Source: Nemertoderma westbladi
Taxonomy: Eukaryota > Animalia > Xenacoelomorpha
NCBI GenBank assembly: GCA_032718475.1
Contig: JAUCBJ010007186.1
Span: 1 to 64,000 of the forward strand
Direction: 5' to 3'
DNA: 64,000 bases
Numbering within the stretch: position 1 is the first letter of the stretch; each line of letters opens with the position of its first letter. Made by a program: the position numbers and the translations under genes. Positions 36,994 through 48,656 of this stretch are shown in pieces. Below the pieces are notes generated by a model. It had not been told where the DNA came from. It was given only the letters and a program-made list of their open reading frames with translations, and did no database searches.

Positions 36994-38092
36994 TTCACAT
37001 TATCATTGATGTTTCTGTATATCATTCATTAGATTAATCACTTTCATTTTAAATCATCGTAATTTAGATATCATGTCTTCGTTAATGCAGTTTTACTAAT
37101 GCAGTTCATGTCTTACATTTTACTATGCAATATTATTTATGTTTTTAATATCTTTACATAAATAAATCATTATTTACATAAATATCTTAATATTTTTAAT
37201 AAAGTTAAGAATATTCTGACTGATTAGTTTTATTTTGACACGAAATACGTGGCACCGAGAGGAGGGGGGGGGGGGGCACTCGTAAATTCCATTTCTAACT
37301 CCATATTGTTTGTATTTATTTTTATTTTTTATTATTTTTTCTTGGAAAGGAAATTTGCATGTATATGGTACTGGCTCAGATAGAGTGAAAAATAATGTAA
37401 AAAATATATTTTTTTCACAAATTTCTAAACCCCATAAAAGTACAGTATATATTATTCGGCGAGCTGATTTAAAATATCATACTTAAATATAAAGATAATA
37501 AAGAGCTAAAAAGTTATCAGCAATATTCTAAATAAATCGCTCTTATACTCAAGGTTAGGGATGTCCCGGAATTCCGGCGGTTTTTGAACGATTCCGGTTC
37601 CGGCCGGAATGGGGTCAATTCCGGCCGGAATTTTACCGGAATTACAAGGTTCCTATCTAGTTTGATCGTTGCAATTAGTTTGTTAAATTATTATCAAAAT
37701 TTATATATTTTTTTAACATATACTTACCAATTAGTTTAAGATACTTGTCAACACTTGTAGTTGTAAAAAAATAAACAAGTAAACTTTTATTCGGCAGTTA
37801 GAGCTACCACTTAAGGATGCAAGTCAGAGATGCGCCATGGCTAGTCCCATCAAGCATTCGTACCGAAACGAAAACTACCCTGGCCCTCATGTGGGGATCG
37901 TACCCTCGACCTCCAGAGATATGTAAATTCAATGCAACCCTACACTAAGGTGGAGTCTAACTAACCTATGTAACGAGGGAAAATTGACTGCCACCGTGTT
38001 TTTTAAAGTGAATTCAGTCTTGATGGGTGAGACAAGATGGGAACTGGACGCAAATCCCATCTTGGCGAATTAATATCCCGCCTCAATGTTAA

Positions 38093-38234
38093 ATTCTAAA
38101 TTTAGGGAAATGAGCAGGTTACAGTAGCACGGTATTTTAACCAAAACAATAAAAAAAATTTTTAAAAACTTTTTTTATTGTTTCGGTTAAAATACCGTGC
38201 TACTGTAACCTGCTCATTTCCCTAAATTTAGAAT
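38093..38234. repeat. Near-perfect ~142-bp palindrome (hairpin MITE-like)
   Basis: ATTCTAAATTTAGGGAAATGAGCAGGTTACAGTAGCACGGTATTTTAACC is followed by its reverse complement. Confidence 0.9.
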
Positions 38235-38299
38235 AAGTAAGTAGTTTTCAGATTTTGTCTGAGTCCGTATGTCAAAAGTATAGCTCCCGTGCTCCACTG

Positions 38300-40250
38300 G
38301 TAACACGTAAGTACTTCAGCTGACCCAAGAGCACGGTAAATGGCATCATTACCTAGTCTGTGGTGGGCGTGACGGCTTTTGGTGTACTTGCATGTTAGTG
38401 CGTGGAGGGCTGACGGATCAACTATGGCGCCACACACACAGGGGTGTGATGAACAAACCGGAGACCCACAGCCATACCAAAATCATCATCTGCTAACCTT
38501 AGGCCAAGTGTAGCAGATGGCAAAGCATTCATCCAATCGCCAGATCCTGGCGCCTTGCACCCTTTAAGGCGAGAAAGAGAGCTAAGGTCAGATCGCTGGA
38601 AGAGGTTTTCAACCCGATGTTGCAGGATGGGCTCCATCCAATTCCGCTGACTGGATGGTTCTTCAGGAAGTGAGGGAACAGGTAGGCTTTTCCAAGAAGA
38701 TAATGCCACTGCATAGAATGGCAATGTGGAGACTGGCTCAATAATAATCTTTGCTATCAGGTCCCTATTCTTGTTTAGTGATGCAAGGAATGCGGCTGGT
38801 GCAGTGTGGGATACAAGTGGCACTCCTAACCCTCCTATCCGGCAGGGGAGCGTTGCCTGATCCCAAGAGTCTGGAGACATTTTTACGTTGGTGATTTCCT
38901 CCAGTGTATCTTTTAGTTCAGAGTCAAGCTGATCAGGTGCGAGGTCAGGGCGATGGAAGGTGGGTGAACTACGCAGTATATACGTGAGTTTAGGCATTGC
39001 CATACGGTTCTTCAGGAGGAAAAATGCATAATGATGTCCCAGTTTCTGAGGCGGGAGTGAAAGAGATGGAGCATTTCGACCTTCTCGTTGAGAGTATAAC
39101 TCAGGGTATTACTTCCTAATGGTACCCCAAGAAGACATAGGTCATCCACAAGGGTTTCTCTAATACTGGGGCAGGCTGATTTGAAGGTGTCAAGGATTTG
39201 GTCATGGCCATCTGGGTGGAGAATACACAGCTCACACTTTTCCTCATTCAGATAGAGTCCAATGTCTTCGCATGAGGAACGAAACTCCAAAAAATTTGAA
39301 AGGACTATCTCCCAATTACCTGCTGAGTTCACATCATCTACATAACCTACCTTCAACTCTGTCTGGAAGATGGCAAGCTTTTGATGGAGGCCTTCACAAA
39401 AACCTAAGACAGCCAGGGGATCACCTTGCTGGAAGCCCTCTTCAGATAAAATGATTTTATCACCAAATGGAAGGAATGAAGTGCCCTCATAACATAGATT
39501 GAAAAAGGGGATAAGCTCTGGGGCTCTTTCACAAGGCATTCTGCGACATGGTCCCTTCTCATTGTGTTGAACGCATTAGATAAGTCCAACTTTAAGATTA
39601 CGTCTCCAACCTTGGCAGTATAGATGAAGTTACGAAGGGAGTGAACAGCTGCTTCACATCCGCCTGGTATACCAAAACCGAGTTGAGTAGGACAAAACTC
39701 AGTGGCAAATTTTGGAGAGACTGATCTGGTGGCACATCCACCATCAAGTTTCTGAGAAATTGCGGATGCCAAGAGTTCATCTGAATCTTTAGATGATGGA
39801 AACTTCCTTTGTGACTTTGAGGGTTGCTTCAGTGATACGAGGGGTTTTGGATCCGGAAACTCACAGAATAGAACACATTGGCGGTTGATAAGGGATGCTA
39901 AAGATGAGCGTTGTTTACGTCCACCCCGTTCTGGTCGTTTGAGACAAATGTAAGGGAAGAGGAAGAGTTTAGTCCAGGCCTGGTGGTCATTAATAGATAA
40001 GACTCCCTGGATGCATGATTTAAGAGTTCTACATACCTGAACCCTGGATCCTCTTGGGATAAACCTAACCAGACGGACCCTTGCTGATTGTACTAGTCTG
40101 AGAAATGAAAGTGCAGATTCCATAGGGGTTGGTGATGATGGTGGCATTGAGGGTTGTGATGAGGGAGGATGTAATACGGTCGTAGGCAATGGAGGGATCT
40201 CACTCTTAGACACCGAGGTTGAGTAGGTAGGCATAATAGACTTTTAATCT
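38300..40250 (-). mobile_element. CRE-like (RLE-type) non-LTR retrotransposon RT region, degenerate and 3'-truncated
   Basis: Minus-strand ORFs 39404-40234, 39012-39539, 38422-39003 and 38228-38437 contain QLGFGIPGGCEAAVH, KLDLSNAFN, GFQQGDPL, YVDD, QATLP..GGLG and CG..D..ALHALTC..RH. Confidence 0.8.
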
Positions 40251-40255
40251 TTTAA

Positions 40256-41617
40256 TCTACTTTTACAAGCGTTTGTTGATAGCTTAATACGCGGCGACGT
40301 TAGTCCAACTGCTGCAGAGGACGATGGTCGTTATATCGAACCGACAATGTCCCAAGTGCAGCTCTCGCGAGAGTTGGACTATAGAAAATTCGCTGCTCGA
40401 TATACGCAGCGTAATGGTACGTATATGGGCTTCTTAACTACTGGTCATTCTATCGATTTACACGATACGGACTATGTCGAACATATCCTACCCAGAGGAG
40501 TCTAAACGATAAACCAAAATTCTAATGCGAAAATCCTATTAGAAATCGACTCGAAAGAAAAGACATTAAAGAAACAAATAAACGCGGTAACTCCAACATA
40601 TATTTGGAATTTTTGATAGAAGCATTGTAACAACAAATAAATATCACCCGCGTTTCTCCTTCAAGACTTGCGTCTTTGGTATTATTACGATAAATGCCCT
40701 AGACCCAGCCAAAAAACGGAAAGACATAAACATCCACGGAAACGTTGTGTTAAACACAGTTGTGCTCGTTATATTTACTGAAGTTTCGAGCGAAACTTGT
40801 TTGACGTATCACCTATGCTCACTCGGCTCGAACGATCCTGGAGTAAACCTACGATCAGAGTCCCGGAATACTCGGTCAAACCTCCTCATTCCTTAGTTGG
40901 ACCTCAGACCTGCGATCCTGGTGGTGTCGCGGATCCTCGCGGACTGTATTCACTGTTCAAAGATCTAGTGCTACCCTAACAATTAATCGGTAACACTCCG
41001 ACAGTGATTTCTAGCTAGCCGCCCATCTTACCTAGCCGGATTGTGACGCGGACACCTAATATCACTATCCCACCGTATGGTCGTCCCCGTTTAACGCGAT
41101 ACAACCCTTCATCAAGGTGAAGGAGAGCGTTGTACGAAACGAGTTAAACGTTATTCTATAAAGATCAAAAAAGAAACCTGCGTTTGTTCAGATAAACGTA
41201 AGTTATAACAGTAAGTCCAATCGATAAACGAATTGGCCTTATCTCAGTTCGATTGGGAAATCTCGAATCTCTAAGAAGATATCAAGCTTAGAAAACCCTA
41301 TTCTCTGCGAGAGTTTTGGACGAACGTATCCCATGACAAGCGGAGGAAAATCAGCTCGAGGAGAAGCATATCGAAATGGACGAGACACCGATCGTAACCC
41401 TGCACCTTCTGATGCAATTATATTGCACCCTTCGCCTAGGAGCTACAGCCCTCCTCGTAAAGTGGCTCGCCCCAAAGAGAAAAGGACTCTTGCTAGCTTT
41501 AAAAAACTGCGTAAACGCCGTCCGCGCAAGAAAGACTAACTGTTTAAAGTATTTATGTATATTAGAAATTGTGATTTTGTATATTTTATAGACTTAAATC
41601 CCATTTTCTGGGAGCGG
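40256..41617 (+). mobile_element. Extra copy of the BEL 3' internal region directly upstream of the 5' LTR of copy 2
   Basis: Near-identical to 54778-56139, including the PPT. Confidence 0.93.
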
Positions 41618-42776
41618 TGTAAAAGCTTTTGTGGGATAACTGATTTGTTTGCCTTGCTAACCAGTTCCCCCCAGGCGCTAGAATACTTTAAAAAGGGATC
41701 TATAACTCGAATAGCGCAAGCTACCGGCTGATTGGCTGATTCGCTGTGCGAAGGGATCTGGGCTACGTTTGATTGTCCAACCAGCTTGGGAGAGTATCTG
41801 CCAATAGGATTTGAGTTGATTTTGATTTCGACCTATCACAGATCTACTGAACTGAATTTTCCTATCTGTATGCTCTTTCTCTGTGTTGGGTGGAAGCCTT
41901 TGTAAATAAGGTTATTCTTATCAGTTTTCAGTGTTGTTGGTCTTTCTGTCCTGAGCCAGGAGAGAAGGGCTTGTAAATATTTTGTGCTTTTCTGTTTTAG
42001 TCGAACACTAGTAGGCTTAATTATAAGGACATATATCCGTTATCATAACAAACTGATGACAATTCAAAACTTAACACACACTGAATCACTGTGCATACTT
42101 TTATATTGTTATACTGCTATTTACTGTCAGTTCTTCATAATATGGTTGATGAATTATTATATTTGGAATAACGATAAATAACCCCGAAACCCAATATTCT
42201 TGATATACCTAAGGTAAGAGAGAAAGGTTACATATAACGATTGTGACTTATGTTAAAGTGGTTTGAAGTGAATCTAATGTTATTTGATAGACCCTACATG
42301 AGTCAGTCCGTGTTCCTTTTATATATAACTAAAATCAGTGAAGATCGGCAGATCAGTGTGCAGTATTGTGCAGCATTGTGTATGAGTGAGTCTGATAACG
42401 AAGCATTTCCTAAAGAATGCGCCATATATGTGAATTATAACTAAGCCATATCGTTGTGAGTAGTTTAAGTCATAACTCTGTTTATATAGGTAAAGCGCCA
42501 CGTCCTAAAGGAACTGTTAATATTCCCCGAAGGTGAATAATATTGTCAGAGATTATATAATACTGTCAGTCGAATAATACATTAGGCTTACATAGCAATA
42601 AAATTAAGCCGTCGAACCCAATCTCCCGGGTATATCCAGCGGGTGAATGATCGCGCACAGATTGGTTTCGACTAGTGTAGTGAATTAAATACTTGTCATA
42701 GGCTAAAGGTGATTTATTATCTAGAAGACATCCTAATTTGGCGGGTTAAACTGCCAAAGGTCTGAAAGCGCGAACA
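41618..42776 (+). repeat. Upstream LTR of BEL copy 2 (1159 bp)
   Basis: TGTAAAAG...GCGAACA, a direct repeat of 56140-57297. Confidence 0.96.
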
Positions 42777-42788
42777 ATAACGGATATA
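42777..42788 (+). promoter_or_regulatory. Non-canonical primer-binding site ATAACGGATATA (complementary to LTR 42032-42043)
   Basis: Same arrangement as in copy 1. Confidence 0.6.
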
Positions 42789-45008
42789 GCTTCTTTATTG
42801 CAGTAAGCAATAAAGTTGAAAGTACCGGTTGACCGGTAAACCTGAACCGGTACTTCTGTAGGTCAGTAGGTCCAACTGCCAGAACCGGTACTTCTGTAGG
42901 TCCGTAGGCCCAACTGTCCTAACCGGTACTTCCAGTATAAGTACATTAGTATTATTCGAATTTGATAATTATATAACGGTAGGTCTTAGTACTTAATCAG
43001 GGAACGGCCGCCCTGGTTTTTTATTGAGATTTTTACTTATTTCTGTCAAGTTTTATTTGTTTGTAGGCCAGTATTGAACAGAAGGCGTGTAAGCCTGATC
43101 AGATTGTACAGACAATTTGTAGGCTGAGCTGTTGTCTGATTGTTATTAAGTCTGAACGGATTGCAGTGTGTGTAGATCACCTGTCCGATAAAGAACGGTT
43201 AGGAAGTAGGGGCAGCCAATGCTGTAAGGTAAACCCCCAACTAAAGCATAAGTCGTACTACTGGGTTAGAACGCATACTACCTAATCATTTCGGAGTCTG
43301 CATGTCCTGTAGTTTATTTAGGCTTGAGAGTAGTCTGCCATCGTTTAGTCTGTACTTTGTTTGTGTAAGTCTGTACGGGTAGCGTATAATATTTATTTAG
43401 ATAATTTGTAGGCTGGATAGTTGTCTGGCTGTTATTAGGTCAGAACGGATTGCAGTGTGTGTAGAGCCTCTGTCCGATAAAGAACGGTTAGGAAGTAGGG
43501 GCAGCCAATGCTGTAAGGTAAACCCCCAACTAAAGAATAAGTCGTACTACTGGGTTAGAACGCATACTACCTAATCATTTCGGAGTCTGCATGTCCTGTA
43601 GTTTATTTAGGCTTGATAGTAGTCTGTCAGTGTTTGGTCTGCATTTTGTTTGAGTGGTTTGTACGCGTAGCGTAATATTTATTATTCAGAGTTTATGCGA
43701 TTATTCGCAACATTCATTCCCCAAGTTTGTTCCTACAATAATTGTGTTTGTTATACATACCGCTATAGTTAAATTAACCCCGGTACTACACGGGCTGCTT
43801 GGCGTAGGTAAAGACTGGTGATTTTGTGCACCGGTCACTCCAGCAGATGCCGTGGTTCTTTTAGCTGTTCAAGTATATTTAACTACTGATTATACTGTAT
43901 GTTGTACAAGTACTCGTACCTAATTTAGGGTTTAGTGTACAGTGCTTTCCGAAAGTAATTTGTGTAGGCATTATATTTGTGTTGTAAAGTGGTTGATAGG
44001 CACGTTCGATTAGCTCTATTAACTTCTAGGTAGGAACACTCCGTGATACATAACGTAGAACCTATAGCGATACGGCTATAGGTCGTCAGGCGGTGGAATT
44101 TTCCTATCTGGACAACGCAGTGTATTTACTACTACTTATTATTTTCAAATACCGTAGTACCCTGTCCGTTGTAATAACCAGATTTCTAACCCTTTGTTAG
44201 GCTGGTTTGTAGACTTCTTGTAAAATTACCCTGAAAATTCGTATTTTGTGTTTTTGTAAATTTTTGTGTTTATTTAGAGATTGTAATCTCACCCGAATTG
44301 TACGTAATTAGTAGTATTAAGTAACTTAGGTAAATTAGTATTATTTGTTTTAGTGTCCTATAAGTAACACTTCACTGAAAGCGCACCGCTTTGTGTAGTG
44401 ATTACTCCCCAGAAATAATAACATTTATTTCAAACATTGACAAAACCCATTAAAACGGGTATATATATATATTATAAATCAAATCTAACGATTTATAAAT
44501 AGTAGGCCTACCATACAACCATTAGGTCTCAATATAAGTTGGATTACTGCTCAAATAACGGTAATAAAGTAAGTAAAGTAACCAAGTAACCCTAAAATTC
44601 AGAAATTCAATTATTTAAAATAATTGATATACCGGTATTTACGATAGGCCTATTATCTTTATTTCTATAAATTTCGGCTGAAATTATACCGGTACTTGTA
44701 ATTAATTCTAGTCCAGAATTATATATACTACAAACTGTAAACTGTATACCGGTATTCCGATAGGCCTATTATATATTTATATATATTTGTGCTAAAATTA
44801 TACCGGTATTCTGTGATAAACCTAGTCTGTAATAATACTTATATAGTTATATATACTATAAGCATACCGGTATTCTAATATATTATATATATCACGCTAC
44901 ACTGAGTAGCAGTACCGGTAATTAATTACTAGGCTAGCAGTTAATACTGAGTTACTAGACTTGCTCAGACTGTAATACAGCAGTAGACATTCAACTGTAC
45001 ACATAAGC

Positions 45009-48000
45009 ATGTCTGATACTAAGCAGAACCTGTCAGACAGTTTATTAGATGTAACTATCTGCGACTCAGATAGAGGCGTAGAACCGTCTAGTCGTAAGTT
45101 CAGTTCACCTCCCACTGTGAGTAAGGTCATCCCTCCAGTAGTAATAACAGAACCTAGGCTGGTCCAACATCGTAGGTCTATCATAGGCACTCGAGCTCAG
45201 GTCAAGCGGGACCAAGAAGCAGCAGAACAGCAACAACCCGCTAGCCAAGAACTTACTTCTCAACGGCCCAACAGCTCCAGTAGTAAGGATACTGTAGAAC
45301 TGACACCAGAACGCGGAGCAAAGATGATGGATGCGGTTTATTCGGATCCCCTTCTCATCCTTCCTGCAGCCGTACTCACTAGGTTATTGATCGCTGTGGA
45401 AGAACACCAGATCGATTGGGCGAGAAGCCAGCGTTCAACTAGAGATAGTTATGCTGGATACACAAGGGAAGAACTGAAGTCCATGGTCGAGTCGCAATGG
45501 AACTTCCCCGGACCCGGACTCCCGTTTGATTTATCAGAAGCTGCCTGGGAAGACATACACCGGATGGGAGTAGCCAAGGAAACCATCGATCCCGCTGTGT
45601 GGAAGAGGTCCGCAGCTGGATACGCACAGGGATTCTTCAGCTCTATGGAGCGAGTAAAAGGACAACTGTTTCAACAACCACAAGGACCTCAAGAGCAGGG
45701 ACAACTGCTTTATCAAGTTAGAGAAAGAATTCTACGAATCAGGCTAATATTATCGGCCTTTGAGGAGGCTTCTAAACGAAGGCAAGACACGTCGTTGCAA
45801 GTTGCCGTAAAGACCTGGTTTCAAAGGGTGAGTCTTCAGGTTCAAGGAACAGCTCAGTGGAAAGCTCAGCTGGAGGAGCGCTCAACCCATGGAGAATCAA
45901 CAGACACTACTTTTTCCCAAGTGGAAAGTGAAGCGACGGCAGAGAAACCGCATAAGAGGGATGCCATTGACATCTATCTGTCAGACTATCAACGTTTTTT
46001 AGGTGATGACGAGTTGAGGAGAAGGTTAGAGGGACTTAGCCCTAATAGTGAAGGAACCAAGCTAGTGTTGGATGCCATCGATGTGGAAATGAGGGCTGCG
46101 AATCAGGCTAAATTTGATGAACAACTCCGCCTGACACGAGTCCAAGAACAACAAGTAAAGAAAAAACGCATAGAAGACAGAAAGAAAGCAGCAGTGGTAG
46201 CTGCAGAAGCAGAAAGAAAAGCGGCAGTGGCAGAGGCAGCGGCAGAGGCAAAGGCAGCCGAAGCTGAAAGAAAAGCGGCAGCGGCAGCGGAAAGAAAAGC
46301 GACAGAGGCAGTGGCAGAAGCAGAACGGAGAGCGGCTGAAGAAACCATCCAATTAGAATTGGAAAACATTCAGGAGAATCAAGACTGCATAAATAAACAG
46401 TTAACAGCTAGTAATATGCAGATGATGAATCGATCTACTCCCAAAAGACAGGGATATACATCATCTGAGGAAGGCGATACTACCGATACTGAAGGCAAAG
46501 GAAATAGATCTCGTCTAAGTAGACGTAAAAGAACATTCCACCGTCAGAAATTGCCTGATTTGCCTCCAGCTGTTAGAAGGCAACTAAATAACACCAACTT
46601 AGGTAGTACAGAGCCCACAGACCAAATAATTAAAATAGAAAGACTCCCTACTATAGTAGATGAGCCTGAAATAATTAGGCCTGTTCTTGAAATCACCCCT
46701 TCGGTGATAGATACACCTGTGCTCCCTGAAACTACCTCTAAATTCCCTATGCATAGCACTAAGCTACCTGTGCCCCGTAGAACTGCCCAGGAGACAGTTC
46801 AGGTCCTGGACCCCGAGCGAAATATTCCTGATTTGTCGCCCGTTGTCCCTCGTCCGCTCGCTACAACGTTGGCGACTCCCGCTTCGGCGGTCGAATGGGT
46901 GGATGAGAGACGGCGGGGGATGGATCTCCTGCTCGGGCAGATGCAGGAGACTGTCCAACAATTCAAGGGCACAGTAAGGGAAAGTAGGCTAGAGTTGCAA
47001 GAAGTGCAGCAAAGTATCGTGCTAGAACGCGATAAATTAGTAAATACTCAAAGGGGTATACCACCACCCTCTGTAACAATGTGTCAACCTGTTAGGTCTG
47101 AAGTATCGCATGCGCAAGGTGTGGAGCCTACACGAATCTATACTGCTAGCGAAGTAGAAACTCCTATAGTGAACCCTATTAAGGGTAATTATAGACCTGT
47201 TGATAATGATATTCCATATAGAACTGATCATAATCCGAGAAATTTATATACCGATAACTCGATATTAAATAACACGATGGCCCAAGAAAGTTTTACGCGT
47301 CAAATGGCTAGAACCGAAGCCCGGCAAGCGGTGAAGGTGGGAGAGATCGTCAAGTTCAATGGAGATGAGATGAAATGGTTACCTTTTAATGAATATTACA
47401 AAGATAACATACAGAACTCTGTACTATCTAATGGAGAGAAACTTAGATTCCTCATCGAGTGCTTGGAAGGATCTCCCAAGTTAATGGCGTTAAAGTTTAT
47501 TGGACATCCAGACGGATTAAGACAAGTTTGGGACACACTAAACATCAGGTATGGTAATAGGAATAATATCGCTAAGTATTTATATGCAAAATTAGTAGCG
47601 CCCAGAAAGTTCATCAGCAGTGGGATAATAGAGTTTTCCGATGAGATTCAAGAGATCTGTAGACAATTAGATTGGTTAGGTAAGTCTCATGAATACCAAA
47701 GTTCTATGGTCATTGGAGCTGTGGCTTCTACTTTACCGAAAGGTGGGGTAGGCACACGCTGGGATAAGAAAGTACTATATATGATGGAACAACAACGACG
47801 AGACCCTACCATGGCTGATCTCATGTCATTCCTAGATGGAGAAGTGAAATTACAGCTCCTGAAACTGTCTAGAGAGAAGACACCGGAAAACAAGGTAAGT
47901 GAAAAACCCGTCTCTAGGAGAAAGGTAACACCAGTGTGTTATACAGACGACGGCGAAAGCCAGACTTCTCAAGGAGAAGATAGCGGGAAAGACACTGATA

Positions 48001-48548
48001 GATCTTGTTATGTCAATAAAATGCCTAAAGATCAGGTAAGTAAATTCAAGTCTCGAGCAAATGACAGGAGAGAACAGGTAAGAAAAACTCCTCCCACGTC
48101 TCCCAAGAGAATTCCGGTGAGAAAGCCCGAAGAAAAGGCAAGTGTACACAATGTGACTCAAAATAAGGTAAGTAACATCAAACCGAAATGTGCGCTGTGT
48201 GACGGGACCCACCGTTTGAATATGTGTGATGAATTCCTGAAGAAGTCATTAACGGAGAGACGCGAAGTCATGTGGGATAAGCGGTTATGTTATAATTGCC
48301 TCAGACAAGGACACCAACGGCGTACCTGTTTCTCTAACATAAGGTGTGCAAAGTGTGGTGCGAAACATCATATCTTGTTGCACGCTGAATTTGAGCGAAA
48401 TAGTCCGAATCAGGTAAGTGATTCCGAGCTACATGTCCAATTCAGTGATGTGAACGACACTGATCAATCTGAGATGGAAGGATTCTATACGGACGAGTTC
48501 TCCGACGAAAACGAATCCTGTTACATGATAAATACCGCAGTGTATTGA
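45009..48548 (+). CDS. gag: BEL gag (long N-terminal extension, capsid-like domain, triple zinc knuckle); ends at a probable premature TGA
   Basis: 1179-aa ORF in frame with the downstream pol ORF. Copy 1 has CGA at the position of this TGA. Confidence 0.9.
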   Translation: MSDTKQNLSDSLLDVTICDSDRGVEPSSRKFSSPPTVSKVIPPVVITEPRLVQHRRSIIGTRAQVKRDQEAAEQQQPASQELTSQRPNSSSSKDTVELTPERGAKMMDAVYSDPLLILPAAVLTRLLIAVEEHQIDWARSQRSTRDSYAGYTREELKSMVESQWNFPGPGLPFDLSEAAWEDIHRMGVAKETIDPAVWKRSAAGYAQGFFSSMERVKGQLFQQPQGPQEQGQLLYQVRERILRIRLILSAFEEASKRRQDTSLQVAVKTWFQRVSLQVQGTAQWKAQLEERSTHGESTDTTFSQVESEATAEKPHKRDAIDIYLSDYQRFLGDDELRRRLEGLSPNSEGTKLVLDAIDVEMRAANQAKFDEQLRLTRVQEQQVKKKRIEDRKKAAVVAAEAERKAAVAEAAAEAKAAEAERKAAAAAERKATEAVAEAERRAAEETIQLELENIQENQDCINKQLTASNMQMMNRSTPKRQGYTSSEEGDTTDTEGKGNRSRLSRRKRTFHRQKLPDLPPAVRRQLNNTNLGSTEPTDQIIKIERLPTIVDEPEIIRPVLEITPSVIDTPVLPETTSKFPMHSTKLPVPRRTAQETVQVLDPERNIPDLSPVVPRPLATTLATPASAVEWVDERRRGMDLLLGQMQETVQQFKGTVRESRLELQEVQQSIVLERDKLVNTQRGIPPPSVTMCQPVRSEVSHAQGVEPTRIYTASEVETPIVNPIKGNYRPVDNDIPYRTDHNPRNLYTDNSILNNTMAQESFTRQMARTEARQAVKVGEIVKFNGDEMKWLPFNEYYKDNIQNSVLSNGEKLRFLIECLEGSPKLMALKFIGHPDGLRQVWDTLNIRYGNRNNIAKYLYAKLVAPRKFISSGIIEFSDEIQEICRQLDWLGKSHEYQSSMVIGAVASTLPKGGVGTRWDKKVLYMMEQQRRDPTMADLMSFLDGEVKLQLLKLSREKTPENKVSEKPVSRRKVTPVCYTDDGESQTSQGEDSGKDTDRSCYVNKMPKDQVSKFKSRANDRREQVRKTPPTSPKRIPVRKPEEKASVHNVTQNKVSNIKPKCALCDGTHRLNMCDEFLKKSLTERREVMWDKRLCYNCLRQGHQRRTCFSNIRCAKCGAKHHILLHAEFERNSPNQVSDSELHVQFSDVNDTDQSEMEGFYTDEFSDENESCYMINTAVY

Positions 48549-48656
48549 GCACTCACCTATGAAAAGGATACAGACAACGACTTCACTCTAACTACTTCTG
48601 AGCGACAACCATCTTGGAAAGAGCCATCTTCCAATGTAGGGATCCGAGAGTTTTCT

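Noticed and set aside
36029-37025. Long ORFs of 235-323 aa on the minus strand
   Set aside because: They are translations of the 33/34-bp minisatellite and are open only because the unit lacks stops.
37555-37920. hAT-like end with CCGGAAT repeats, and a B-box-like SINE fragment
   Set aside because: No partner TIR, TSD or full SINE body could be found.
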